A stretch of 32,000 bases of DNA from Methanothermus fervidus DSM 2088 (GTDB taxonomy: Archaea > Methanobacteriota > Methanobacteria > DSM-2088 > Methanothermaceae), in contig CP002278.1 of assembly GCA_000166095.1 (NCBI GenBank), forward strand, positions 930,001-962,000, written 5' to 3'. Under the pieces are notes generated by a model that made no database searches, was not told the DNA's origin, and saw only the letters and a list, made by a program, of their open reading frames with translations. The position numbers and the translations under genes were made by a program. Shown here piece after piece: positions 8,166-17,299 of the stretch (positions are counted from its first letter, which is position 1; each line of letters starts with the position of its first letter).

Positions 8166-9353
8166 CTAAGTTTTAATATTTTTTAAAATCGTTCTTGCAA
8201 TTTCTCTTGCTCCATCCCATCCCATGGTTTTAGCTTGTCCATGCATTACATCCACAACAGGTATTTTATATGTAAAAGAAAAACTTAATTCATTTGCTCC
8301 ACCTAAAATTATATCAACGTCTGTATCTTTCAAACGCTTTTCTATTTGGATTAAATCAGGTTCTATCAAAATTTCAGGTTCAAAATTGGTGTTGGATAAT
8401 ACAGTATTAAGATGTTTTAAGGTCTTTTCACCCACTAAATCTATAGATATAAGGACAGGCTCCATACCTAACTCTATTATAAAGTCTGTTAATGCTACAG
8501 CTCTAGTTGGTCCAGAAATTATAGCTACTTTACATCCTTTTAAATTTTTTATCAATTTATCCTTAATTTCTTTAAATTCAGCATATTCCTTTTCTAAAGG
8601 ATAATCTATATCAAAAAAATCCAATATTTTATTGAAAAAGCGATAAGTATTATTAAAACCTATAGGGAATGGATAATCAATGAATTCCATCCCAAATTTC
8701 TTTTTTAAAAATTTGGATGGTTTTATTGCAGATATATCACAAAATGAGTAATTTAGGTTGGCTTTAGTTAAATTTCTTATTTCCCTTATATTACATCCAG
8801 AAGTCAAAACACAGTTTACTCCAATTCCCATTTTTTTAAGTTCGTTTTTTAAATGTTTAAGATCTGGTCCGCCTCTATACATGCCAATGAAATTTATTAA
8901 TGGTTTATCACTTTTTTTACAAGGTTTAACAAGCTCTTTAATTAAAGTCATTATGGTATCTTCATATCCTTCATTTTGCCTTGCTTCAAATCCTCCAGCA
9001 CTTACAGCAATTATTTCTGCATTTATTTCATTTTTTATTTCCTTTACTACCCTGAAAACATCTTCACCAATGATACTTGTTGAGCAAGATGTAAGTACAG
9101 CTATCAAATCAGGCTTATAATATTTGTCAACTTTAACAATCGTATCTTTTAACTTTTTTTCAGCGCCAAAAACTACATCTTCCTGAGAAAGTTGTGTAGA
9201 GCATATTTTTACTTTTGAACCGCCCCTTAATGTTAGAAGATATCTCATGTGGTATGCACAACCAACAGGGCCATGAACAATAGGTATAGCATTTTTTATT
9301 CCCAGTATTGTTTTAATAGCTCCAAACAATTTACAGGTATGCATAGGTTCCAT
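8166..9353 (-). CDS. Nitrogenase component-1-like metalloprotein (NifD/E/N family; methanogenesis marker 13 / NflD / CfbD-like, candidate F430 biosynthesis reductive cyclase subunit)
   Basis: 395 aa. Oxidoreductase/nitrogenase component 1 hallmarks: HGPVGCAYH, LTSCSTSIIGED, and a Rossmann-like repeat architecture ending ..DIILGG....... There is no adjacent NifH-like gene and no nifK/nifB, so it is not a nitrogenase. Confidence 0.6.
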   Translation of the reverse strand: MEPMHTCKLFGAIKTILGIKNAIPIVHGPVGCAYHMRYLLTLRGGSKVKICSTQLSQEDVVFGAEKKLKDTIVKVDKYYKPDLIAVLTSCSTSIIGEDVFRVVKEIKNEINAEIIAVSAGGFEARQNEGYEDTIMTLIKELVKPCKKSDKPLINFIGMYRGGPDLKHLKNELKKMGIGVNCVLTSGCNIREIRNLTKANLNYSFCDISAIKPSKFLKKKFGMEFIDYPFPIGFNNTYRFFNKILDFFDIDYPLEKEYAEFKEIKDKLIKNLKGCKVAIISGPTRAVALTDFIIELGMEPVLISIDLVGEKTLKHLNTVLSNTNFEPEILIEPDLIQIEKRLKDTDVDIILGGANELSFSFTYKIPVVDVMHGQAKTMGWDGAREIARTILKNIKT

Positions 9354-9361
9354 TTTTACAC

Positions 9362-10891
9362 CTAAGAACTAGCATCTCTTATCATCAAAATCTTATTAAT
9401 GGCATTAAGTACTGCCTCAACACTGGCCATGACAATGTCTTCCCTAGTAGCACGTCCTGTTGCTTTATTATTATTTTTGTCACTCATAACAACAAATACA
9501 TCAGCTAAAGCATTAGTTCCTCCTGTTATGGCATCGATATGGTATTCATCTAACTTAATATCAGCTGTTTCTTTAACTAAGCTTTGAATAGCATTTATAG
9601 CTGCATCAACAGGACCTACACCTGTCTTAGCTCCTGTTTTAATTTTTCCATCTATTTCAAGTTTTACTGTTGCCGTTGGCATTACATTTTCTCCAGTCAT
9701 TACAGCTATTCCTTTAAGTTTGACACGTTCTTTTTCTGCTTTACCTAATATTGATAAAGCTAATGCTCTTAAATCAGCGTCAGTAACCATTTTGCCTTTA
9801 TCACCTAATGTTTTTACTTGTTTGTACAATTTCTTAAATTCTTCTTCATTCATTTCAATATCATATTCTTTTAGTTTTGACCTGATTGCATTTGCACCTG
9901 TATGTTTACCAAGAACGATTCTTCTCTTATGCCCTACCATATCTGGAGTTATTGGTTCGTAAGTCTCTGCTTTCCTTAAAACACCGTGCACATGTATACC
10001 TGATTCATGTGCAAATGCATTTTCACCTATGATAGCTTTGTTTGGTGGGATTTTAATTCCAGTTAATCCAGAAACTAGTTCAGCTGTGCCTACCAATTTC
10101 GAAGTTTTAATATTTGTATTTATTTTGTAATGTACTGTGAGGGCCATTACTACCTCTTCAAGGGCTGCATTACCAGCTCTCTCACCTATGCCATTCATAG
10201 TAACATGTACTTGCTCGGCTCCAGATTCAACAGCAGCTAATGAATTAGCAACAGCTAATCCAAAATCATCATGACAATGCACACTAATAGGTACTTTAAC
10301 ATGTTTTTTTAAATTTTCTATAAGTAATTTCATAGCTGATGGAATCATGACTCCTACAGTATCAGCAATGTTAATTTTATCAACGCCTGCATCTTCTACA
10401 GCTTTACATATTTTACATAAGTAATTAAATTCTGTTCTTGTGGCATCTTCAGCGGAAAATTCAGCTGTAAGTCCATGATCTTTGATATATTCAACAGCGA
10501 AAACAGCTTTATCAATTATTTCGTCTTTACTCATCTTTAATTTATAATCTCTATGTAATGGTGAAGTACCTATAAATGTATGAACGTAATCTATATCACA
10601 ATCAATTGCAGCGTCTATGTCTTCCTTTAATACACGTGCCAATCCACATATCTTAGCATTTAAACCAAGTGATGAAATTTTTGATGTAGCACTTCTTTCT
10701 CCTTTAGATGCGGCTGGAAATCCAACTTCTATGATATCTACTCCTAATTCATCTAATTTTCTTGCTATTCTAACTTTCTCATCCACAGTTAATGCAACGC
10801 CAGGAGTCTGTTCACCATCTCTTAACGTCGTATCAAATATATAAACTCTTTCAGGTAGATTTAAAGATTTTTTTACTTCTTCGATGTACAT
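9362..10891 (-). CDS. leuA: 2-isopropylmalate synthase (LeuA/CimA family, with C-terminal LeuA allosteric dimerisation domain)
   Basis: [30 protein letters not shown] and [14 protein letters not shown] motifs. GFPAAS.GE and [10 protein letters not shown] favour LeuA over citramalate synthase. About 130 aa of C-terminal regulatory domain ([11 protein letters not shown]...). Confidence 0.7.
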   Translation of the reverse strand: MYIEEVKKSLNLPERVYIFDTTLRDGEQTPGVALTVDEKVRIARKLDELGVDIIEVGFPAASKGERSATSKISSLGLNAKICGLARVLKEDIDAAIDCDIDYVHTFIGTSPLHRDYKLKMSKDEIIDKAVFAVEYIKDHGLTAEFSAEDATRTEFNYLCKICKAVEDAGVDKINIADTVGVMIPSAMKLLIENLKKHVKVPISVHCHDDFGLAVANSLAAVESGAEQVHVTMNGIGERAGNAALEEVVMALTVHYKINTNIKTSKLVGTAELVSGLTGIKIPPNKAIIGENAFAHESGIHVHGVLRKAETYEPITPDMVGHKRRIVLGKHTGANAIRSKLKEYDIEMNEEEFKKLYKQVKTLGDKGKMVTDADLRALALSILGKAEKERVKLKGIAVMTGENVMPTATVKLEIDGKIKTGAKTGVGPVDAAINAIQSLVKETADIKLDEYHIDAITGGTNALADVFVVMSDKNNNKATGRATREDIVMASVEAVLNAINKILMIRDASS

Positions 10892-10892
10892 T

Positions 10893-11531
10893 TTATCCCC
10901 TTTTTAATAGATTATTAACAACATTGTACAATCTTTTGTGGTAAGAAGAATTAGCTTTTGCACTTGTTTTTCCTTTTTGGATGGCATCTAAAATGTCATC
11001 AATCCCTGAATGAGTATCAACAATTGTAATGCATGCACCAATTTCTTCTGGAAAATGAGCATCACTTGCCCCTATTTCTGGAATATTTCTCTTTTTTGCA
11101 AATTTTTTTGCACGTAAATTACCGATACTTACACATCTTCCATTTAAAACTTCTATGGCGTCAAAATTTAAATTTTTAACTGTAGATCCTAAACTATCTC
11201 TTAATTTATCAAAAGGATGGGGAGCTATTGCAACCCCGCCAAGGTCTCTTATTCTTTCTAATGTTTCCTCTGCACTAAGGTATTTTTCAATTTCTTCAGT
11301 TATACCTAAAGCTACTATATGCCCTTCCCTCGTACTAATTTCAATTCCTGGGATTATAAGAATATCTTCAATATTTCTTTTTGCAATAACTTCGTATCCT
11401 TTAATTGTATTATGATCTGTTATAGCAATTGCATCTAAGCCACGTTTTTTAGCAATTTTAACAATATCATCCGGAATATTTTTTGAATCCCCAGAATATA
11501 GTGTGTGAATGTGTGGATCCAATTTTATCAA
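10893..11531 (-). CDS. PHP-domain metal-dependent phosphoesterase
   Basis: 212 aa. N-terminal [12 protein letters not shown] (HxH) plus ITDHNT, APHPF and ASDAH metal-ligand motifs typical of the PHP superfamily. Its stop is 1 nt from the leuA start. Confidence 0.8.
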   Translation of the reverse strand: MIKLDPHIHTLYSGDSKNIPDDIVKIAKKRGLDAIAITDHNTIKGYEVIAKRNIEDILIIPGIEISTREGHIVALGITEEIEKYLSAEETLERIRDLGGVAIAPHPFDKLRDSLGSTVKNLNFDAIEVLNGRCVSIGNLRAKKFAKKRNIPEIGASDAHFPEEIGACITIVDTHSGIDDILDAIQKGKTSAKANSSYHKRLYNVVNNLLKRG

Positions 11532-11566
11532 ATAATCACCTTAAAATTTTATAAAATTTAAAATCA

Positions 11567-11642
11567 CGGACCCGGCGGGATTTGAACCCGCGACCTTGGG
11601 ATCCGAAGTCCCACGTCCTAGTCCAGGCTAGACCACGGGCCC
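11567..11642 (-). tRNA. tRNA-Arg (anticodon UCG), 76 nt, no encoded CCA
   Basis: A GC-rich island in AT-rich DNA. The reverse complement folds as GGGCCCG-UG-GUCU-AGCCUGGACUA-GGAC-G-UGGGA-CUUCGGA-UCCCA-AGGUC-GCGGG-UUCAAAU-CCCGC-CGGGUCC-G. The anticodon loop CU-UCG-GA gives UCG. A20, C35 and G36 are present. Confidence 0.9.
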
Positions 11643-11769
11643 TATAAAAATATTATATTTAGATAAAATTAATATTTGTTCACATAATATATAAAGGCTA
11701 ACAACAAAAAATTTGTCTTTTGAGTTTTTTATTAGGGAAGTTAGTCAAAAAATTAACAGAGGTGAAACA

Positions 11770-13596
11770 ATGCGAATTTTATTAATACATGCTGATTATT
11801 TAAAGTATCATGTAAGAGATAAAACAAAGTTTGCAGAAAAAATTGAAGAAGAAATGAAAAAAGGTTCATTTGATGAATCATTGGTAGTGTTTACAGCAGT
11901 AGAAAAGGAAGATGAAAAGAACCCTGATGGTATCATAGATGAAGCTGTTCAAGAGATAAAGAAAATAAAGAAAAAAGTAGGCGCTGAAAATATTGTCATA
12001 TATCCTTATGCTCATCTAAGTTCATCTTTAGCTTCACCAGATGCAGCAGTAGATATTTTGAAATCATTAGAATCTAAACTTAAAAGTGAGGGCTTAAAAG
12101 TTTCAAGGGTTCCATTTGGATGGTATAAATCATTTGAAATATCCTGTAAGGGTCATCCTCTTTCAGAATTATCAAGAAATATTAAGGTGAAAACTAAAAA
12201 GATCAAAGAAGAATCTATTGAATCTGAATGGTTTATTATGGACAACGAAGAATTAATTGAAATTGATAATTATGAATTTAAGGATTTTGAATTTAAAGAC
12301 GTTGTTTATCATGAATTAGGAATTGTAAAACCCTCAGAAAAAGAACCACCTCATATAAAGCTGATGCGTGAAAAGAAGATTGCAGATTATGAACCTTCTG
12401 CTGATATAGGACACCTTAGATGGTACCCAAAAGGTAAACTTATTAGAGATCTTCTATCTGATTATGTTTATTCATTGGTTACTAAATATGGGGCTATGGT
12501 AGTTGAAACACCAATAATGTATGATCTCAGTGATAAAGCAATTAGAGTTCATGCAGAAAAATTTGGAGAAAGACAATATAGGATCCACAATAAGAAAGAA
12601 TTAATGTTAAGATATGCATGTTGTTTTGGAGCATTTAAAATATTAGCTGATTCATTTTTAAGATGGAAAGACCTTCCTGTTAAAATATACGAACTTTCAA
12701 CCTACAGTTTTAGATTAGAGCAAAGAGGAGAAGTTGTTGGACTAAAAAGATTAAGATCATTCACAATGCCTGATCTTCACACTGTATGTAGAGATATGCA
12801 ACAAGCTTTAGAAGAATTTGAAAAACAAGTAGAAATGTGTTTAAAAGCTGCTGAAGATTTAAAATTGAACCATAAAGCAATATTTAGATTCACTAAAGAT
12901 TTCTACGAAGAGAATAAAGAATGGATAAAATCATTGTCTAGAAAAATAAACGAACCTATTTTAATTGAGTTACTCCCAAAAAGAAAACATTATTGGGTAG
13001 CAAAAATAGATTTTGCAGCAGTGGATAGCCTTGGTAGACCTATAGAAAATTCCACCGTACAAATAGATGTTGAAAGTGGAAAAAGGTTTAATATTAGTTA
13101 TCTTGATGAAGATGGTAAAAATAAATTTCCAGTGATATTACATTGTAGTCCTACAGGAAGCATCGAAAGAGTTATTTGTAGTTTACTTGAAGAAAACGCA
13201 AAAAAAATAAATAATAATAAACTACCAATGTTGCCTGTTTGGCTATCTCCAATACATGTGAGAGTAATTCCAGTATCTGAAAAACATGTAGATTATGCTA
13301 TAGACATTGTAAAGAAAATAAATTCTTATGGCATACGAGCAGACATAGATGATACAAATGAAACTGTGTCAAAGAAGGTTAGAAACGCTGGAAAGGAATG
13401 GATACCATATGTAGCTGTAATAGGTGATAAAGAAATTTCTGAAGATGAATTGACAGTGACTATAAGAGAAAATGATGAAAAAAGAGAACTTAAACTAGAA
13501 GAATTAATTGAAATTGTAAAAAATAAATTAAAGAACAAACCCTTCAAGCCATTGACAATACCTTACAGAATATCACAAAGAGTTGAAATAGGATAA
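11770..13596 (+). CDS. thrS: Threonyl-tRNA synthetase, archaeal type with N-terminal editing domain
   Basis: 608 aa from the ATG at 11770 (GAGGTGA upstream). N-terminus [10 protein letters not shown].. is the archaeal DTD-like editing domain. Class II core ([24 protein letters not shown]). C-terminal anticodon-binding domain ([15 protein letters not shown]). Confidence 0.95.
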   Translation: MRILLIHADYLKYHVRDKTKFAEKIEEEMKKGSFDESLVVFTAVEKEDEKNPDGIIDEAVQEIKKIKKKVGAENIVIYPYAHLSSSLASPDAAVDILKSLESKLKSEGLKVSRVPFGWYKSFEISCKGHPLSELSRNIKVKTKKIKEESIESEWFIMDNEELIEIDNYEFKDFEFKDVVYHELGIVKPSEKEPPHIKLMREKKIADYEPSADIGHLRWYPKGKLIRDLLSDYVYSLVTKYGAMVVETPIMYDLSDKAIRVHAEKFGERQYRIHNKKELMLRYACCFGAFKILADSFLRWKDLPVKIYELSTYSFRLEQRGEVVGLKRLRSFTMPDLHTVCRDMQQALEEFEKQVEMCLKAAEDLKLNHKAIFRFTKDFYEENKEWIKSLSRKINEPILIELLPKRKHYWVAKIDFAAVDSLGRPIENSTVQIDVESGKRFNISYLDEDGKNKFPVILHCSPTGSIERVICSLLEENAKKINNNKLPMLPVWLSPIHVRVIPVSEKHVDYAIDIVKKINSYGIRADIDDTNETVSKKVRNAGKEWIPYVAVIGDKEISEDELTVTIRENDEKRELKLEELIEIVKNKLKNKPFKPLTIPYRISQRVEIG

Positions 13597-13603
13597 ATTT
13601 AAG

Positions 13604-14035
13604 TCAACTGTAAGCTTTTTTACTAGCTGCAATTTTTTTTGCTTTCCAAAATGCAATAACTGAAATTAAACCCAAAATAAAATATGAGCTCAGGCCCTGA
13701 TATAGTGTCCAATTTGCAAAATCTTCATTTTTTAATATATAAGTTTCGAGTGCATTGGCTCCTATTACCATCAATCCTAAAACACCTGCTGCAATGCTTA
13801 ATAATGAAGCTACATATAAATAAGAGATAGCTTTTCTTTCTTTTCCTAAAATCGAATTTTTCAAGCCAGCCAAATATATAGATGATATCACCAACAACAC
13901 AAAAGAGACATATATGTCTCTTTGAGGATATATTAGGGTTTTTATTTCAATTCCAAAAAATGCTAACAATTCTATTAATCCATAGAAAAGATATAACAAG
14001 CCAAAAACCAAAGTTAAAAATTTAATGGACTTCAT
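13604..14035 (-). CDS. Hypothetical 4-TM membrane protein, translationally coupled to feoB
   Basis: 143 aa from the ATG at 14035, which overlaps the feoB TGA as ATGA. Four hydrophobic segments. I recognise no family. The ORF track gives an alternative start at 14053. Confidence 0.5.
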   Translation of the reverse strand: MKSIKFLTLVFGLLYLFYGLIELLAFFGIEIKTLIYPQRDIYVSFVLLVISSIYLAGLKNSILGKERKAISYLYVASLLSIAAGVLGLMVIGANALETYILKNEDFANWTLYQGLSSYFILGLISVIAFWKAKKIAASKKAYS

Positions 14036-16026
14036 GTAATCCCTCCTATCCAAATTATCAATAGAGACATAAGATACGCAACTATTAATTCATAAGCAAT
14101 AGTTAACAACATCCATTTTGTTCCTGCCTCCTGTTTCACAGTTGCCATAGATGCAACACATGGAACATAAAGTAATGTAAATACCATCAAAGCAAATGCA
14201 TTCACTGGTGTTAAAGTGTGAGCTAATATTGTTCCAAGTTTTTCTTCCTCAACGCCATTTAATGTTCCAAGAGTCCCTACAACTGATTCTTTTGCAAGAA
14301 ATCCAAAGAATAATGCAACGACTATCTTCCAGTCCCAACCCATCGGTTGGAAAAGTGGTTGCAATGCATGACCTATCACTGAAACCCATGATTTATCTAT
14401 TTGCTCCGTATTTCCAAGGAATCCAGTAGGGCCTGTTATAGAAAGTAGCCAAACTAAAACTACAACTGCAAAAATGATAGTACCTGCCTTTCTAAGGAAA
14501 AGTTTTGTTCTCGTCCAAGTAGGACCTAAAATACTTCTCCAGGTTGGTCTATTGTAAGGTGGCAATTCCATTACAAAATGCGATGGTTTTCCTTTGAATA
14601 TAATTTTCCTGAAGATCCATGCCAAAAACAATGCAACAAGAATTCCAATGATATACATGCTGGTTATCACTGTTCCTTCTTTTCCTGCAAAAAATGCACC
14701 AGCCAATAGTACATAAACTGGTAAACGGGCACTGCAAGACATTAATGGATTTACAATTATTGTTAATATTCTGTCTTTCTCGTCCTCGAGTGTTCTTGTT
14801 GCCATTATTGCTGGAACATTACAACCAAAACCCATGACGAGAGGTATAACTGATTTGCCATGTAAACCGCATTTTTTCATAAGTCTGTCCATTACAAACG
14901 CTGCTCTAGCCATATAGCCACTGTCTTCCAATAATGAAAACATAAGGAATAAGAATGCTATCGGTGGAAGAAAAGACAACACTGTACCAAATCCATTACA
15001 TATTCCATCTTTAATAAAAGATGCAAGTACGGGATTTTGGATTATGGAAGATGCATGGTCGCCTATCCATCCAAAAAACATGGTTATCATGTCTTTAAAT
15101 GGCGCTGAAACATCAAAAGTAAATTTAAATGCCATCCACAACAATGCAAAAAATGAAGGCAACCCTAAATATTTATGCGTAAAAACTTCATCAAGCATGT
15201 CGCTAACAGTTAATTTTCCTTTCTTTTTATGCATAACTTTCTTTACGATATGAGATATGATACTATATCTCTCATTTGCAAGTTCAAGTTCCATATCTGT
15301 TTTAAAACGATTTCTAATCTTGATAACCTTATCAAAAATTTTGTTTTTAATTTTATTTTCACACTCTGTCCTTATAATATTTCTAACTTCTGGATCTCCT
15401 TCAAGTAATTTAATTGCTAGCCATTTTACATTGTAATTTCTTTTTAACTTTTTATCATTGGAAATGATATTAACTAATTCAACAATGTAGGGAGTAAACT
15501 TAGGATAATCCAATATAGGGGCTTTTTTGTTTAAAGAGTCAACAATTTTATCCTTTAATTTTTCTATACCAATTCCTTCACATGCTATTGTAGTAACAAC
15601 TGGTATTCCAAGCAATTCTCCAAGTTTTTTTGCATTAATTTCATATCCTCTTTCTTTAGCAATGTCTACCTTATTTAAAACTAATAATACATTTGCTCCA
15701 ATTTCTAAAAGTTGTAATGTTAAATATAAGTTCCTCTCTAAATTTGAGGCATCTAAAATATCAATTACAACTTTAGGTTTTGTTTTTACTATGAAATCCC
15801 TTGCTATTTTTTCATCAATTGATTCTGCAGATAATCCATATACACCTGGTAAATCTATAACTTTAAAATTAATTCCTTTGTGTGTAAATTCACCAACCTT
15901 TTTTTCTACAGTCACTCCAGGCCAGTTTCCAACATGTTGTTTTAAACCAGTTAATGAATTAAAAATGGTGGATTTACCTGTATTAGGATTTCCAATAACT
16001 GCAATAGTAACTGCTTTTTTATTCAT
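14032..16026 (-). CDS. feoB: Ferrous iron transporter FeoB
   Basis: 664 aa. N-terminal G domain (G1 GNPNTGKST, G3 DLPG, G4 NKVD) followed by a polytopic membrane domain with the typical gate motifs. Confidence 0.95.
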   Translation of the reverse strand: MNKKAVTIAVIGNPNTGKSTIFNSLTGLKQHVGNWPGVTVEKKVGEFTHKGINFKVIDLPGVYGLSAESIDEKIARDFIVKTKPKVVIDILDASNLERNLYLTLQLLEIGANVLLVLNKVDIAKERGYEINAKKLGELLGIPVVTTIACEGIGIEKLKDKIVDSLNKKAPILDYPKFTPYIVELVNIISNDKKLKRNYNVKWLAIKLLEGDPEVRNIIRTECENKIKNKIFDKVIKIRNRFKTDMELELANERYSIISHIVKKVMHKKKGKLTVSDMLDEVFTHKYLGLPSFFALLWMAFKFTFDVSAPFKDMITMFFGWIGDHASSIIQNPVLASFIKDGICNGFGTVLSFLPPIAFLFLMFSLLEDSGYMARAAFVMDRLMKKCGLHGKSVIPLVMGFGCNVPAIMATRTLEDEKDRILTIIVNPLMSCSARLPVYVLLAGAFFAGKEGTVITSMYIIGILVALFLAWIFRKIIFKGKPSHFVMELPPYNRPTWRSILGPTWTRTKLFLRKAGTIIFAVVVLVWLLSITGPTGFLGNTEQIDKSWVSVIGHALQPLFQPMGWDWKIVVALFFGFLAKESVVGTLGTLNGVEEEKLGTILAHTLTPVNAFALMVFTLLYVPCVASMATVKQEAGTKWMLLTIAYELIVAYLMSLLIIWIGGIT

Positions 16027-16267
16027 ATATTAATTCCTCCACATATATTTTAGATGCTAATCCTCTTCCAATGGCTATTTGGCCTCCACCATTCAAAGAT
16101 ACAATTATAGGTCCTGACATTTGATTTCTAATGACAGAGACTTCTTTCCCAGGTTTTAATCCCAAATCTATTAATTTTCTAGCTAATCCCCGCCCACCTA
16201 ACAATTTTTTTATCTTAACTTTTTTATTTTCTCTTGTCAATGCTAGAGGAAGTATTAATGTTTTCAT
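16019..16267 (-). CDS. feoA: FeoA-domain protein (single domain)
   Basis: 82 aa from the ATG at 16267 (GAGGT upstream; the ORF-track TTG at 16282 is an alternative). SH3-like FeoA pattern: KIKKLLGGRGLARKLIDLGLKPGKEVSV....GPIIV......IAIGRGLASKIYV. 8-nt overlap with feoB. Confidence 0.85.
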   Translation of the reverse strand: MKTLILPLALTRENKKVKIKKLLGGRGLARKLIDLGLKPGKEVSVIRNQMSGPIIVSLNGGGQIAIGRGLASKIYVEELIYE

Positions 16268-16496
16268 TTTTTTCAACCTCAATATATTGAGCTTCTTCGC
16301 TCCTTAATGACAATAAATATCCTTTTATTTCAATTTCTATAGGATCCTTTAGAGGTGCTCTTTTCACAACTTTTACTTTTGTCCCTGGGACAAGTCCCAT
16401 ATCAAAAAATCTTGATTTAGGACCTCCTAAAATATTTTTGATTTTTACAATTTCACCAGTTTTAACTTCATTTAATCTCATTATATACAGCCCCAT
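16224..16496 (-). CDS. feoA: FeoA-domain protein (single domain, with about 20 aa C-terminal tail)
   Basis: FeoA pattern: GEIVKIKNILGGPKSRFFDMGLVPGTKVKVV.....DPIEIEIKGYLLSLRSEEAQYIEV. The ATG at 16496 overlaps the upstream TAA (TAATG). The ATG at 16481 is an alternative start. Confidence 0.85.
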   Translation of the reverse strand: MGLYIMRLNEVKTGEIVKIKNILGGPKSRFFDMGLVPGTKVKVVKRAPLKDPIEIEIKGYLLSLRSEEAQYIEVEKNENINTSSSIDKRK

Positions 16497-17203
16497 TATT
16501 TCACATGAATTTTTTCAGCTAGTTTTTGACTCAATGTAACAAGGTCTCCATTTACTTTCACTAAAAAATAGCTTCCTTCCATTTTTTCTTTTTCATAATC
16601 TTTTTTATTTATTATTTTTATTTTTTTGCCTTTTTCAATCCCCATTTCCTTGAAACGATTTAATAAATTTGTTCCAGCTATTAATTCATGAACTTTAGCC
16701 TCTTGATTTTTCTGTAATTGAGTTAGTTGCATTTTTTCTCCATTTTTTTCTATCAGTATTTTAGAAGCTTCACCAGCGTCTAAAGTTATTTTATCCTTCT
16801 TTCCATTGATTTTCAAAACAAAGGAAACATCTGGGAAATTATCTACTAAAACTTCCATGCCTTCAGAAATTCCTAATCTAGCTATTCTTTTATTAAAGGT
16901 TCTACTACCCATAATAGTCCTTATTCGTCCTTTTTCTCCCATATTTAATCTGGATAACGGACAAATTTTTTCTTTAGTTTCTACATAAATTTTTTCGGCC
17001 CATCCTCTTCCTATAACAATGTTTTTTTCATTTGTTTTTATTAGTAAAGGTCCTTCACTTCCACATTTAGATTTGGTGGCTATTATTTTTATTTTTTTAC
17101 CTTCTTCAATTCCAAATTTCTTTAAAAATTTTTTAATTTTATTTCCACCGTCTATTTTTTCTATAAGATATTCTTCTTTTGGTTTTACATTTGTTACTAA
17201 CAT
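16496..17203 (-). CDS. Triple FeoA-domain fusion protein
   Basis: 235 aa that divide by eye into three consecutive FeoA-like units of about 75 aa. Each has the ...G....I..I.......L..LGI.EG..I.......GP/....V.....I.L....A.KI.V pattern. GAGGAG RBS before the ATG at 17203. Confidence 0.8.
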   Translation of the reverse strand: MLVTNVKPKEEYLIEKIDGGNKIKKFLKKFGIEEGKKIKIIATKSKCGSEGPLLIKTNEKNIVIGRGWAEKIYVETKEKICPLSRLNMGEKGRIRTIMGSRTFNKRIARLGISEGMEVLVDNFPDVSFVLKINGKKDKITLDAGEASKILIEKNGEKMQLTQLQKNQEAKVHELIAGTNLLNRFKEMGIEKGKKIKIINKKDYEKEKMEGSYFLVKVNGDLVTLSQKLAEKIHVK

Positions 17204-17245
17204 TTTTAGTATCTCCTCATTTTTTTTAGTTATACTTAAAAAATA

Positions 17246-17261
17246 ATTTATATATAAATTT
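17246..17261. promoter_or_regulatory. Perfect 16-bp palindrome AATTTATATATAAATT; TATA-box/operator candidate for the feo operon
   Basis: Self-complementary as read. Centred about 50 bp upstream of the triple-FeoA ATG (17203) and downstream of the T-rich terminator of the preceding gene. Confidence 0.45.
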
Positions 17262-17273
17262 TACGGTTCAATG

Positions 17274-17291
17274 AAAAAAATAAAAATAAAA
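17274..17291 (-). terminator. Oligo-T tracts (T7, T5, T4 on the minus strand) after the 118-aa membrane protein gene
   Basis: The plus strand reads AAAAAAATAAAAATAAAA immediately downstream (minus sense) of the stop at 17300-17302. Archaeal terminators are oligo-T runs. Confidence 0.45.
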
Positions 17292-17299
17292 CAAGTTTT

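Noticed and set aside
8166-9353. Possibility that the NifD/E/N-like gene marks a nitrogen-fixation (nif) cluster or FeMo-cofactor assembly, given the neighbouring Mo/W transporter and LeuA/NifV-family gene.
   Set aside because: No nifH, nifK, nifB or glnB-like genes are present. It is a single short (395 aa) component-1 homologue, as in the methanogen-universal NflD/CfbD family. The synthase carries the roughly 130-aa LeuA allosteric C-terminal domain that homocitrate synthases (NifV/AksA) lack.
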